The position numbers and the translations under genes are program-made. The notes below the pieces were generated by a model that saw nothing but the letters and a program-made list of their open reading frames with translations, was not told the origin of the DNA and did no database searches. Shown here one piece after another: positions 9,869-19,266 of a stretch of 64,000 nt of DNA. Origin of the DNA: Bdellovibrionota bacterium (GTDB lineage: Bacteria > Bdellovibrionota > Bdellovibrionia > Bdellovibrionales > JAEYZS01); contig JAZKEU010000013.1 of NCBI GenBank assembly GCA_040386775.1, positions 76,005 through 140,004 of the forward strand. The letters run 5' to 3'. How positions within the stretch are numbered: position 1 is the first letter of the stretch; the number at the start of each line of letters is the position of its first letter.

Positions 9869-10338
9869 AAGTACTTGTTATTAGGCATGCTGTCGCGCAA
9901 GACCGAGAAGATTTTAAATCCTTCGATGATGACTTAAGGCCTCTGACGAGCAAGGGAAAAAAAGAATTCGAAAAAGTGAGCAGGTCCTACAAGAAGCTTT
10001 ATCCGGATGTCCAAGAGTTTTATTCTAGCTCACTCCTTAGGGCGACGGAAACGGCAGATATTCTAAAAAAGAAATTTAAGAAAAACTATAAAATCATTGA
10101 AGAGCTAAGACCTGAGAGTAATTCTTTGGCTCTACTGAAAAAATTAAAAAATTCTAAGAAGAATTTTGTAGCTATCATAGGACATGAACCTTCTTTGAGT
10201 AGATTCATTGGTCAAGCTATAGTTGGTCAGAAGAAATCCATTGTTGAGCTGAAGAAGGGTGGGGCCTGCCTCCTGGAGCTCAGTAGAATTCCAAAAATCA
10301 TCACTCTTCATTCTCCAAAAAGTATTCTTAAAACTTAG
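9865..10338 (+). CDS. sixA: SixA-type phosphohistidine phosphatase (histidine phosphatase superfamily)
   Basis: 157 aa. N-terminal VIRHAVA (RHG-type catalytic motif), SSSLLRATETA and IIGHEPSL match SixA-like proteins. ATGA start/stop overlap with ppk (9865..9868). Confidence 0.75.
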   Translation: MKVLVIRHAVAQDREDFKSFDDDLRPLTSKGKKEFEKVSRSYKKLYPDVQEFYSSSLLRATETADILKKKFKKNYKIIEELRPESNSLALLKKLKNSKKNFVAIIGHEPSLSRFIGQAIVGQKKSIVELKKGGACLLELSRIPKIITLHSPKSILKT

Positions 10339-11245
10339 CCAACTGAATTAGAATACCATCTTTAACACCCACGTTCGGCGCTCTAATTTTTTTAAAGTCC
10401 ATGGCTTTCATTATTTCTTGAATGATAATCGTGGCAGGTAGGATAACGTCAGCTCTGTCTGGCTTTAGGCCCAATTTTTGAATTCTTTCTTGAACGGAAT
10501 AACTTGAAATTAATTTTTCCAAAATTTCGATTTCAAATGCAGAAATCTCATTCTTGCTGTTTCCTTTAAACATTTCACCCAGTTTGCCCAATGATTTTAC
10601 GTTTCCACCGGTACCAATAAAAATCTTCTTGTCATAAGGACAATTGAAGTATTTTTTGTGTTTAAGTATAGGTTCTAAGTGTTTTCTAACTTCTTTTTCT
10701 AGATATTTTTTAAGATCTTTAGCTTTGGCTTTCTTGGCTCGATTGAGGAGGCGAATTGTTCCCATATTTAGACTGTAGAATTTCTTCAGCTGTCCATTAA
10801 TAGAAATAATGAACTCAACGCTGCCGCCACCGATATCAATGAGTAATGCATTTTTCTTTGAGATATTTTCCACGTGAGAAACACTCAAGTGAACAAGCCT
10901 TGCTTCTTCTTTTCCATCAATGATATCGAGTTGAATATGAGATGTAGAAAAAATAAGATCGACCAGCTCTTCACTATTCTTTGCATCTCTCAGTGCGCTT
11001 GTTGCCACAGCCTTGTAGTATTTCACATCATATTTGATCATGAGTTGTTGGAATTCGATGAAGGCTTTGAGAACAGCTTTTATAGTTTTATCTCCAATTT
11101 TTCCTTTAGAAAAACTATCGTCACCCAGGCGAATAGGGACGCGGTAGTTGTGAATCACTTGAATTTGTTTCTTATCAACAAGTTCGCCCAGTTCAAATCG
11201 AACTGCATTGGATCCAACATCAATTGCCGCAAGTCTGATTCCCAT
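10328..11245 (-). CDS. ppx: Ppx/GppA-family exopolyphosphatase
   Basis: N-terminal AAIDVGSNAVRFEL and DIGGGSVEF (ASKHA fold phosphate-binding motifs). Convergent with sixA, overlapping it by 11 nt. Confidence 0.85.
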   Translation of the reverse strand: MGIRLAAIDVGSNAVRFELGELVDKKQIQVIHNYRVPIRLGDDSFSKGKIGDKTIKAVLKAFIEFQQLMIKYDVKYYKAVATSALRDAKNSEELVDLIFSTSHIQLDIIDGKEEARLVHLSVSHVENISKKNALLIDIGGGSVEFIISINGQLKKFYSLNMGTIRLLNRAKKAKAKDLKKYLEKEVRKHLEPILKHKKYFNCPYDKKIFIGTGGNVKSLGKLGEMFKGNSKNEISAFEIEILEKLISSYSVQERIQKLGLKPDRADVILPATIIIQEIMKAMDFKKIRAPNVGVKDGILIQLAKF

Positions 11246-11715
11246 TAAATTCCTTTAAGATCTTCTAAAATTTGATCAACGTGGCCATTGACCTTTACTT
11301 TTGGATAGATTTTTTTGATTTTTTGATCAGATCCAATTATGAAAGTAGTTCTCTCGATTCCCATATACTTTTTCCCGTACATGGATTTTTCTTTCCAGAC
11401 ACCGTAGGCTTCGCAAGCTTTCCCATCCACATCGGCAAGTAGCGGAAAGTTGAGGTCGTGCTTTTTTATAAATTTTTGATGGAGAGCTTCAGAATCTTTA
11501 CTCACACCGAGTACTGCGGTCTTGCCTTTTTTAAGGCGAGCAAAGTTATCTCTAAAGTCACAAGCTTCTTGAGTACATCCAGGCGTGAGATCCTTTGGAT
11601 AAAAATATAGAACAACATTTTGACCTTTGAAGTCTGAAAGAGAAACGGTATTTCCGTCTTGATCTTTGAGCTTAAAGGCTGGGGCTTTGTCTCCCTCTTC
11701 TAATGATTTTGCCAT
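11245..11715 (-). CDS. bcp: thioredoxin-dependent thiol peroxidase (Bcp-type peroxiredoxin), cytoplasmic
   Basis: 156 aa with [16 protein letters not shown] (peroxidatic and resolving Cys context). No signal peptide. Confidence 0.9.
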   Translation of the reverse strand: MAKSLEEGDKAPAFKLKDQDGNTVSLSDFKGQNVVLYFYPKDLTPGCTQEACDFRDNFARLKKGKTAVLGVSKDSEALHQKFIKKHDLNFPLLADVDGKACEAYGVWKEKSMYGKKYMGIERTTFIIGSDQKIKKIYPKVKVNGHVDQILEDLKGI

Positions 11716-11845
11716 AGATGCTCCTTTGTTGATACGCCGTTAATAATTCCTCCGAAGGGGTTGTTCAGTCAACCTACTTTCGGTCAAATTACACACAAAT
11801 TTCTGACACAAATTTAACCAAGCTATAACCCCTAGGAAGAGAGTT

Positions 11846-12589
11846 TTGCTCGATAATGTATATATGCTGGCAGATTTTCACATGCACACAAATCTAAGCG
11901 ACGGGTCACTCTCGATGAGACAACTTGTCGACATGTATGGAAGGTTAGGATTTGGCGCCATTGCAATCACGGATCATCTTTGCGAGCAAAAAACCTTTCT
12001 GGGAAAAGCCGCAAAATATCTCGATAAGACTCTCAAGGAAGCAAATTTTGATTACTACCTTGAGTTGATTCATGAAGAGGCGGAAAGAGCCAAAAAGTTG
12101 TACAATATGATTGTTATTCCAGGAGTTGAAATCACTAAAAATTCATTACTCAACCATAGATCTGCTCACATTCTAATTTTGGGCATTAGTAAATTTATTC
12201 CCGCGGATTTAGAAATTGATCAAGTTTTAAGTGAAGCTAGAAATCAAGGAGCCGTTTCGGTGGCGGCCCATCCTGTGTTCACACAGCAGATCGAAAAACA
12301 GACATATCATTTGTGGGATCGTAAGGAAGAGCTAAAATCTAAAATTGACCTCTGGGAAGTAGCAAGTGGTCAGCATCTTTTTCCTTCAGTTGTAAAAGAA
12401 AAACTAGCTAAGATTGCAAATAGCGATCTCCATCGAAAAGAGCAGCTGTCTTCTTGGAAAACCAGGCTCTCTTGTGAGAGAAAACAAGAAGCAATATTGG
12501 AAGATCTAAAAAAACAAAATATTGATTTTTATTACTTTGACTCTAGGTACTCGAATCTTACTAAAGATATTTTTCTAGCAAATCTCTAG
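11846..12589 (+). CDS. PHP-domain metal-dependent phosphoesterase
   Basis: DFHMHTNLSDGS and ITDH motifs of the PHP family. TTG start preceded by AGGAAG; an alternative ATG is at 11864. Confidence 0.75.
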   Translation: MLDNVYMLADFHMHTNLSDGSLSMRQLVDMYGRLGFGAIAITDHLCEQKTFLGKAAKYLDKTLKEANFDYYLELIHEEAERAKKLYNMIVIPGVEITKNSLLNHRSAHILILGISKFIPADLEIDQVLSEARNQGAVSVAAHPVFTQQIEKQTYHLWDRKEELKSKIDLWEVASGQHLFPSVVKEKLAKIANSDLHRKEQLSSWKTRLSCERKQEAILEDLKKQNIDFYYFDSRYSNLTKDIFLANL

Positions 12590-13886
12590 CAGAGATTTTT
12601 GCTTTCAGAATAGACAAGAATATGAATACGCCAGTTGTCTTTCTATCTAAAAAGACAACCTCTCTAGGCGGAGTACGAACTTTGAACTCCATGATCACCT
12701 CGGCAACCATTTTTGTGAGTCTCTTAGGTAAATCTGTGTTTCCCCAATCATATACATCTTGAGTGAAAGGTTCGACCATTAGATTGCAAAATTGATAAAA
12801 AGAGTCTTTGAGTTTTTGTGGGTCATTTTTTTCTGTGAACTTGAGTTTTAAAGAAAACTCCTCTAAGCCTTTGTAGTCTTTATTAAGAGCAGATTTTATT
12901 AGACCTCGATAATTCGTTAAAAAATCATCCGAAAACTCTCTAACAGCTCCGAAATCAAAGAGAATGATTTTATCTTGCTGGGCATTCAATTGAATTTTGT
13001 AATTTCCAATATGAGGATCTGTCTGCACAAAACCTAGTTGAAATAACTCTTTAAAATACAAATCCAGAGCCGCAAGGGCTATCTGATTCCTACGTTCTTG
13101 AGAAAGACCGAGAACCTCGGGTGAGTCTACATTCACTCCTGTTTCAAACGAAGTGGCAATGACCTTGGTGTTGGTATAATCAGGGTAAGTTTTGGGAACT
13201 ATATATCTGGAATCGCCTTGCAAAGCCTGTCTGAATTGATTGGTCCATTTCATTTCATTAAGGTAATCAAGCTCTTGATAGAGCATGCTTTGAACCTCAT
13301 CAAACAGCAAATCCAGATGTGATATCTGTGGAAATAAGTCGGCAACTTTTAAAATACTTTTCAGTGCTTTAAGGTCGTTTTTTACAGCTTTATCCACATC
13401 GGGGTATTGGATTTTGAGAGCAATCACTTCACCTGTGCTTTTAATTTTTGCCTTGTGAACTTGTCCTAGAGAAGCGCTGGCAGTTGCCACGGGATCAATC
13501 TCCAGTTCCTCTAGGGCAGAGACACCAATTCTATCTGACAAAACTTTTTTGAGAATGGCCCACTCAAATGGAGTGGATTGTGCTTGGAGATTTTTGAGAA
13601 TAACATTCACGTCGGCCGGCAAAAAATATTCTCCATAAACAGAGAGCATTTGGCCTACCTTCATTAAGCCACCTTTGAGGTTTCCAAATTTTTCTGTAAT
13701 GATGTAGATTTGTTTTTTTAAGAGTTCAATGGCGAGAGTTTCTTTAGAAATATTAGTCATTTTTGATTGGATCTTGTAACTCAGTGCTTTCTGACCAGAT
13801 GATGCAATCATACTAACAAAATCAAGTGTGCGAGTGAGTCTGCCACTTTTAATTTTCTGTAATGGATTTTTTGTTTCTTTCTTCAC
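12561..13886 (-). CDS. ABC1/UbiB-family atypical kinase
   Basis: ASASLGQVHKAKIKSTGEVIALKIQYPDV and TDPHIGNY motifs are typical of ABC1/AarF kinases. The 3' end overlaps the convergent PHP gene by 29 nt. Confidence 0.85.
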   Translation of the reverse strand: MKKETKNPLQKIKSGRLTRTLDFVSMIASSGQKALSYKIQSKMTNISKETLAIELLKKQIYIITEKFGNLKGGLMKVGQMLSVYGEYFLPADVNVILKNLQAQSTPFEWAILKKVLSDRIGVSALEELEIDPVATASASLGQVHKAKIKSTGEVIALKIQYPDVDKAVKNDLKALKSILKVADLFPQISHLDLLFDEVQSMLYQELDYLNEMKWTNQFRQALQGDSRYIVPKTYPDYTNTKVIATSFETGVNVDSPEVLGLSQERRNQIALAALDLYFKELFQLGFVQTDPHIGNYKIQLNAQQDKIILFDFGAVREFSDDFLTNYRGLIKSALNKDYKGLEEFSLKLKFTEKNDPQKLKDSFYQFCNLMVEPFTQDVYDWGNTDLPKRLTKMVAEVIMEFKVRTPPREVVFLDRKTTGVFIFLSILKAKISARDLLEKYL

Positions 13887-13954
13887 ATGATCCTCGATGA
13901 GGATTGAATTATATAGATAGTTTATATATAGTTCAACAAAAGGATAAATACATT

Positions 13955-15325
13955 ATGAACATATTAGTTACGGGTGGAACGGGATTTGTTGGAAAGAAGT
14001 TAGGATTCAATCTCGTTAAAAATGGATACAAGGTATTTACTCTTGTTCGAGATAAAAAGAAAAAACCAATACTGCCTTATCCGTGCACCTTTTTGGATTG
14101 GAATGACCTCTCAGATATTATTAATAATAAAAAAATTGAAATTCATTCGGTGGTCAATTTAGCTGGCGAACCCGTAGCTCAAAGATGGAATGACAAAATA
14201 AAAAGAGAAATTTTGAATTCCAGGGTTGATACCACAAATAGATTAGTGAAAATTTTTAAAAACTCAGATCTAAAATCATTTATTTCATCATCGGCTATTG
14301 GATACTACGGCGATCGGGATGACGAAAAGCTAACCGAGGAGTCTGAATCTGGTTCTGGATTTCTCACTCGAGTCTGTGTTGAGTGGGAAAGAGCTGCTCT
14401 AAAAATAAAAGAAGAATCTCCAAAAACAAAATGCGTAATACTAAGACTGGGAATGGTCTTGGGCGAAGGTGAAGGAGCGCTGGCACAGATGGTTCCACCT
14501 TTTCAAGCTGGCGTTGGTGGAATGATTGGTGATGGAAAAATGTGGGTCAGTTGGATTCATGTTGAAGATCTTGTGAACATGATTGGCTGGGCCATTGAAA
14601 ATGATTCTGTCAAAGGTGTCTATAATGCAGTTTCTCCAAATCCCGTAACAAACAAAGAGTTTTCAGAAAAATTAGCGGCAAGATTTAATAAAAAGTTATT
14701 TTTACCAGTACCAAAGCTTGCGGTTAAAGTTCTCTTTGGTGAAATGTCGCAGGTCGTATTCGCTAGTCAAAAAGTGCAAAGCGAAAAAGCATCCGAGCAG
14801 GGTTTTACTTACAAGTATTCAACAGTGTCCGAAGCGCTAAAATCTACGGTGGAATCTTTAGATGCCTTTGAAAAGAAGGTGATCTTTGAGCAGTGGTTGC
14901 CGATTTCGAAAGAAAGGCTTTTTCCGTATTTTCAAGATGAAAAGAATTTAGAAGAACTGACTCCACCGTGGCTTAATTTTAAAGTTTTAAACAAAAGCAC
15001 GGACCAAATCCAGAAAGGTACGATCGTTAATTATCAGCTTAAGCTCTATGGAATTCCGTTTGGATGGCAAACTGAAATACTCGATATGCAAAAAAACAAA
15101 TCATTCATCGATAACCAGGTGAAAGGTCCATATTCAAAATGGCATCACACGCATGACTTCATTGCCTTAGGGGAAGGCACATTGGTCAAGGATACTATTC
15201 GTTATAAAGTTCCAATGAGCGGGCTGGGCAAAACCTTTGCTGGGCCGAAAGTCGATAATGATGTTAAAAAAATATTCAAATATCGATCAGAAAAAATTCT
15301 TGATGTTATTAAAGGCCTGTCCTAA
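13955..15325 (+). CDS. TIGR01777/YfcH-like NAD-dependent epimerase (SDR) fused to a C-terminal SRPBCC-like domain
   Basis: MNILVTGGTGFVGKKL Rossmann start, with AAGGA 10 nt upstream of the ATG at 13955. Residues ~300-456 (WLPISKERLFPYF...PPWLNFKV...GPYSKWHHTH) resemble SRPBCC/cyclase-type ligand-binding domains. Confidence 0.7.
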   Translation: MNILVTGGTGFVGKKLGFNLVKNGYKVFTLVRDKKKKPILPYPCTFLDWNDLSDIINNKKIEIHSVVNLAGEPVAQRWNDKIKREILNSRVDTTNRLVKIFKNSDLKSFISSSAIGYYGDRDDEKLTEESESGSGFLTRVCVEWERAALKIKEESPKTKCVILRLGMVLGEGEGALAQMVPPFQAGVGGMIGDGKMWVSWIHVEDLVNMIGWAIENDSVKGVYNAVSPNPVTNKEFSEKLAARFNKKLFLPVPKLAVKVLFGEMSQVVFASQKVQSEKASEQGFTYKYSTVSEALKSTVESLDAFEKKVIFEQWLPISKERLFPYFQDEKNLEELTPPWLNFKVLNKSTDQIQKGTIVNYQLKLYGIPFGWQTEILDMQKNKSFIDNQVKGPYSKWHHTHDFIALGEGTLVKDTIRYKVPMSGLGKTFAGPKVDNDVKKIFKYRSEKILDVIKGLS

Positions 15326-15352
15326 GCGTCATGACTTTTCATCCTGAAGGAT

Positions 15353-16324
15353 TTGTCACATAATATCTCTATGTTCAAGTTTCCTGAGCTTCAACGGATA
15401 ACAGATCTTTCGAAAATCCAATCGTCACTGATTAGATCCGAAATACTTTCTGAAGTAAAAGTCAAAGGAGAGACATATCCTATTCATGGCTTTGTTATTG
15501 GCTCTCAAGATAAAACTGCGCCGACCTTTGGTATATTTGGCGGAGTGCATGGATTAGAAAAAGTTGGCACTCATGTGGCGCTTCATCATTTGGAGTCTCT
15601 CGTGAATCAACTCGAGTGGGACTCTGAACTCCAAAAGAGATTTTCGAATTGTAGACTGGTTTCGATTCCTATGATCAATCCCTGGGGAATTCACCATTTT
15701 AGAAGAAGCAATTCCAACGGTGTAGATCTGATGAGAAATGCACCCGTTGAGGCAGAAAGCAAACCTCCATTTTTAGTTGGTGGACAAAGGTATTCTAATA
15801 AGCTTCCGTGGTTTAGAGGTGAGTCTGGGAATCTAGAGCTCGAAAGCAAAACTCTTATTGAGTTTGTTAGAAATGAAATGTTTGAGTCGAATTTCAGTTT
15901 GTCTTTGGATATTCATTCAGGATTTGGAACAAAAGATCGACTTTGGTATCCTTATGCGAAAACAACCAAAGACTTTCCTTTGGTTGGTGAAACTAAAAAG
16001 TTTCAGAAATTATTTGAAAGTGCTTTTCCCAATCATATTTATCTTATTGAGCCGCAAGCTTTGAGTTACACGACTCATGGAGATCTTTGGGATTATCTCT
16101 TTGACGAACATTACAGCAAGAATCAGAATAAAAAGACGTACATTCCTTGGTGCTTAGAGATGGGATCTTGGATGTGGATCAAGAAAAATCCTCGACAGTT
16201 GTTTTCTATGTTGGGGGCTTTCAATCCTATTTTGCCTCATCGTTATAAAAGAATTATGAGAAGGCATTATGTACTATTGGATTTCTTTCTAAGATCAACG
16301 GCTAACTATAAAAATTGGTCTTAA
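15353..16324 (+). CDS. M14-like zinc carboxypeptidase/deacylase family protein (DUF2817-like)
   Basis: GGVHGLEKVG (HxxE zinc ligands), NPWG, NGVDLMRN and DIHSG (third His) match the M14/AstE-AspA-type fold. Start is uncertain (TTG at 15353 or ATG at 15371). Confidence 0.6.
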   Translation: MSHNISMFKFPELQRITDLSKIQSSLIRSEILSEVKVKGETYPIHGFVIGSQDKTAPTFGIFGGVHGLEKVGTHVALHHLESLVNQLEWDSELQKRFSNCRLVSIPMINPWGIHHFRRSNSNGVDLMRNAPVEAESKPPFLVGGQRYSNKLPWFRGESGNLELESKTLIEFVRNEMFESNFSLSLDIHSGFGTKDRLWYPYAKTTKDFPLVGETKKFQKLFESAFPNHIYLIEPQALSYTTHGDLWDYLFDEHYSKNQNKKTYIPWCLEMGSWMWIKKNPRQLFSMLGAFNPILPHRYKRIMRRHYVLLDFFLRSTANYKNWS

Positions 16325-16348
16325 GATAAGATCAAAAATGGATAAAAT

Positions 16349-17092
16349 ATGAATTGGTTATTACTTCGCGGGTTAATGAGAGAAGCAGATCACTGGGGAG
16401 ATTTTCCCAAGGATCTTGAAGCACAAGAAGGTGTTGATCGCGTACTTTGTTTGGATCTTCCGGGAGTGGGAACAGAGAGTTCTAGGATTTTCATTCCAAG
16501 TATTAAGCAAGCCGTTGAAGATCTTAGATCTCGTCTTGCGATTCACTTGCAAGACAAAGGCGATGAGGAGTGGGGAATCTTGGGGATTTCTTTGGGCGGA
16601 ATGATTGCGATGCAATGGGCTCACGATTATCCCAATGATTTTAAAAAAATAGTAGTTATGAACAGTAGTGCGAGAAGTGCTCCACTCTGGAAGAGACTAA
16701 CCCTTCCTTCTCTTGCCGTGGTCGCAGAATGTTTTTTAGAAAAAGACCTGGTCAAAAGAGAAAAGAAAATCATTGATATGGTTTTAAATTTAAGAAAAAA
16801 TGATTTAAAAGTCATCGACAGTTGGATAAAAATTGCTCAGAAAAATAATTTTTCAAAACTCACAGCAGTGAACCAAATTACGGCGGCGTCGCTGTTCGAA
16901 TTGCCTTCAAGAATTAAGATTCCTATGCTGGTTTTAACTTCTAGAGCAGATCGAATGGTGAACTATGAATGCTCGGTACAAATAGCCGAAAAATTCAAAG
17001 CGCCTATAAAAATTCATCCTTCAGCGGGACATGATATTGCAATAGATGATTCAAAATGGATTGTAGAACAAATTAAAGATTGGAGAATTTAA
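16349..17092 (+). CDS. alpha/beta-fold hydrolase
   Basis: Nucleophile elbow GISLGGMIA (GxSxG) and a C-terminal GHD catalytic His context; 247 aa. Confidence 0.7.
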   Translation: MNWLLLRGLMREADHWGDFPKDLEAQEGVDRVLCLDLPGVGTESSRIFIPSIKQAVEDLRSRLAIHLQDKGDEEWGILGISLGGMIAMQWAHDYPNDFKKIVVMNSSARSAPLWKRLTLPSLAVVAECFLEKDLVKREKKIIDMVLNLRKNDLKVIDSWIKIAQKNNFSKLTAVNQITAASLFELPSRIKIPMLVLTSRADRMVNYECSVQIAEKFKAPIKIHPSAGHDIAIDDSKWIVEQIKDWRI

Positions 17093-17754
17093 TGAAAATC
17101 GTTTTTATATTACTTGTTGGTAGTGCTTTCGCCTTTTCTTCTGCGTACGCGGAAAACTATGAAAAGAATGGATATCCTTGTATGAGTGATGTCTGTCTTG
17201 GTGATGATTTGGTAGCGTTGCAAAAGGTCAAGTGGGAGCCGGCTAAAATTAGAGACGAGGGGCAGAGAGCTTTAAAAAAAGTAAAAAAGAAGTACCGAGG
17301 ATCGGATGAAGACCTTTTAAAGGCGGCGCCGTATCTTTCTGGAAAATTTGATAATGAAGGGCTTAAATTTTTACAAAATGTAAAAGCCTCATGTCAGATA
17401 GATGCTGTGGGCGGAAAATTCATTACAGAAAATGGCAACAAGACCAATGTGGTGATCATGTTGATGGGGCCTCCATCAAAGCAAAAATGGAAAGTGACTA
17501 TGATCAAAAGAGAGTTTGAAGGTGCGGTGACGGACGCTCAAAAAAAAGAAATAATAACTACGCTAGTAAAGAGATACGAAAAATTCACTCCTGCAGCGAT
17601 TTCAAAGTCAAAAATAAAACCAAAGGCAGTTATGCTGATGCCTCCAGTTGGAAAACTCAGCGTCCAATTCACTTTAGTGGAAGGTCTCTCTAGTGATAAT
17701 GAGCTTAAGAGTGATCCTGAATGTGGCGGTACTGCAAAAGTCAGCGTAGATTAA
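17092..17754 (+). CDS. secreted hypothetical protein
   Basis: Start set at the ATG overlapping the preceding stop (TAATG), with GGAGA upstream. Signal peptide MKIVFILLVGSAFAFSSAYA. No recognisable domain. Confidence 0.5.
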   Translation: MKIVFILLVGSAFAFSSAYAENYEKNGYPCMSDVCLGDDLVALQKVKWEPAKIRDEGQRALKKVKKKYRGSDEDLLKAAPYLSGKFDNEGLKFLQNVKASCQIDAVGGKFITENGNKTNVVIMLMGPPSKQKWKVTMIKREFEGAVTDAQKKEIITTLVKRYEKFTPAAISKSKIKPKAVMLMPPVGKLSVQFTLVEGLSSDNELKSDPECGGTAKVSVD

Positions 17755-18251
17755 TTTTTTTTAGTCTTGGTATTTTTCCAAGACTTTAACTGCCAAGTTG
17801 TTTTGCCTTCGGATACGAGTTCATTTTTTTCGTTATGAACTTTTGTCGTCATATCGATAAACATCTCACCTTCTTTTAGGTCCGGCCATGTGTCCGGCAC
17901 ATGGCATGTACCGGTTAAGATTCCTTTGCCCGGTTTGTGATAAGTAATGGCAAGATTGGTGAGTATAAGTCTATAATTTTCGAAACTGTACTTCGTCGCA
18001 ATCAAAAGACCTGCGGTATATTCAATCAACAAGGCCTGAGAAATTGCGTGGGCCGTTCCAACGTGATTTTTTCTGCGATACACGGGAAGAGATTGAATTT
18101 GTGTTTCATCTGGCTTTACAGATTTGATTTTCATACCCATTCCCATATTGAATGGAATTACGAGTTTTAAAGCATTATCCAAGAAAAGATTCGCTAATTT
18201 TTTGTTTTTGACTTTCTTTGTAATTTTAAAAAGATCAATTTTAAGACCCAT
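17751..18251 (-). CDS. hotdog-fold thioesterase-like protein (DUF4442/YiiD_C-like)
   Basis: 166 aa; size and pattern are consistent with PaaI/DUF4442 hotdog proteins. Overlaps the upstream NMO gene by 11 nt. The assignment is from pattern memory only. Confidence 0.45.
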   Translation of the reverse strand: MGLKIDLFKITKKVKNKKLANLFLDNALKLVIPFNMGMGMKIKSVKPDETQIQSLPVYRRKNHVGTAHAISQALLIEYTAGLLIATKYSFENYRLILTNLAITYHKPGKGILTGTCHVPDTWPDLKEGEMFIDMTTKVHNEKNELVSEGKTTWQLKSWKNTKTKKN

Positions 18252-19233
18252 AACCTGGCATTCCTTTCAGTGATTCGTAGTATTCATTTACAAGTTGGTG
18301 AACAATTTCTTCGCAGGATAGAATTTCATGAATAAGTCCCACACCTTGACCTGCTCCCCAAACTGTTTTCCATGTGGGTTTATTGGCTGCATTCTCAAGA
18401 GTTTTCATCCCCGCAAGATGAACTAATGGAACAACGAATTTTTTTGTCAGTGGATGTTTCTTTAGTATTTCAACAAGGAAAGGCAGCTCTGCTCCCATTT
18501 TTTTTACGTAATCGGTATTGATAACATTTGCGGGAGTTCCAGAAATTCTAGAATTGAGAACAATGTCTTCTGGTGTACTGTCTAGAATTGCTTTTTTGTA
18601 ATTCTGATCAACCTTTGCTTCTTTTGAAGTGATAAACTTTGTTCCCACGCTTACGCCATCAGCACCCAACGCCAACATCGCGGCCATTCCGGATCCTGTA
18701 GCAACTCCTCCAGCGGCAATTATTGGAATTTTTAATTTTTCTTTTAGCCAAGGAATTAAGACCACTGGAGAAATCGGTCCTGCATGTCCGCCAGCTCCAC
18801 TTCCGACGGCGATCACACCGTCAGCGCCCAGATCTTGAACTTTCAAAGCGTGTTCGAGATTTGTTACATCACTGAATACTTTTGCACCGTTTTTGTGAGC
18901 ATCCTTGATGACATCTTTTGGAGTGCCGAGAGATGTAATGAACATTTCTACTCCAAGATCCAAAGCAATTTTCAAATCTTCGCCTTGCCTCGTATTGCTT
19001 TTATTCACAATCACATTGACGCAAATGGATTTTTTAGTACGTGACTTAATATTTTCTAAAGCTTTTTTATAATTTTCAATTGGACGATAATTCAAAGCAG
19101 GAAAGGCGCCGATGGCTCCAGCTTCTGAAGTGTTCACGACCATGTCTTCGTTGGAGACCAAAAACATTGGCGCGCCAATGATCGGATATTTAATATTTAA
19201 CAACTTTGTAAATGAGGTTTCAATTGGCTTCAT
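18241..19233 (-). CDS. nitronate monooxygenase / FabK-like FMN oxidoreductase
   Basis: IIGAPMFLVSN and AAGGVATGSGMAAMLALGADGVSVGTKF are typical NMO/enoyl-ACP reductase II motifs. Confidence 0.85.
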   Translation of the reverse strand: MKPIETSFTKLLNIKYPIIGAPMFLVSNEDMVVNTSEAGAIGAFPALNYRPIENYKKALENIKSRTKKSICVNVIVNKSNTRQGEDLKIALDLGVEMFITSLGTPKDVIKDAHKNGAKVFSDVTNLEHALKVQDLGADGVIAVGSGAGGHAGPISPVVLIPWLKEKLKIPIIAAGGVATGSGMAAMLALGADGVSVGTKFITSKEAKVDQNYKKAILDSTPEDIVLNSRISGTPANVINTDYVKKMGAELPFLVEILKKHPLTKKFVVPLVHLAGMKTLENAANKPTWKTVWGAGQGVGLIHEILSCEEIVHQLVNEYYESLKGMPGYGS

Positions 19234-19266
19234 AGCTTTTAGAATAAGAGAACTAAGACAACCAAG

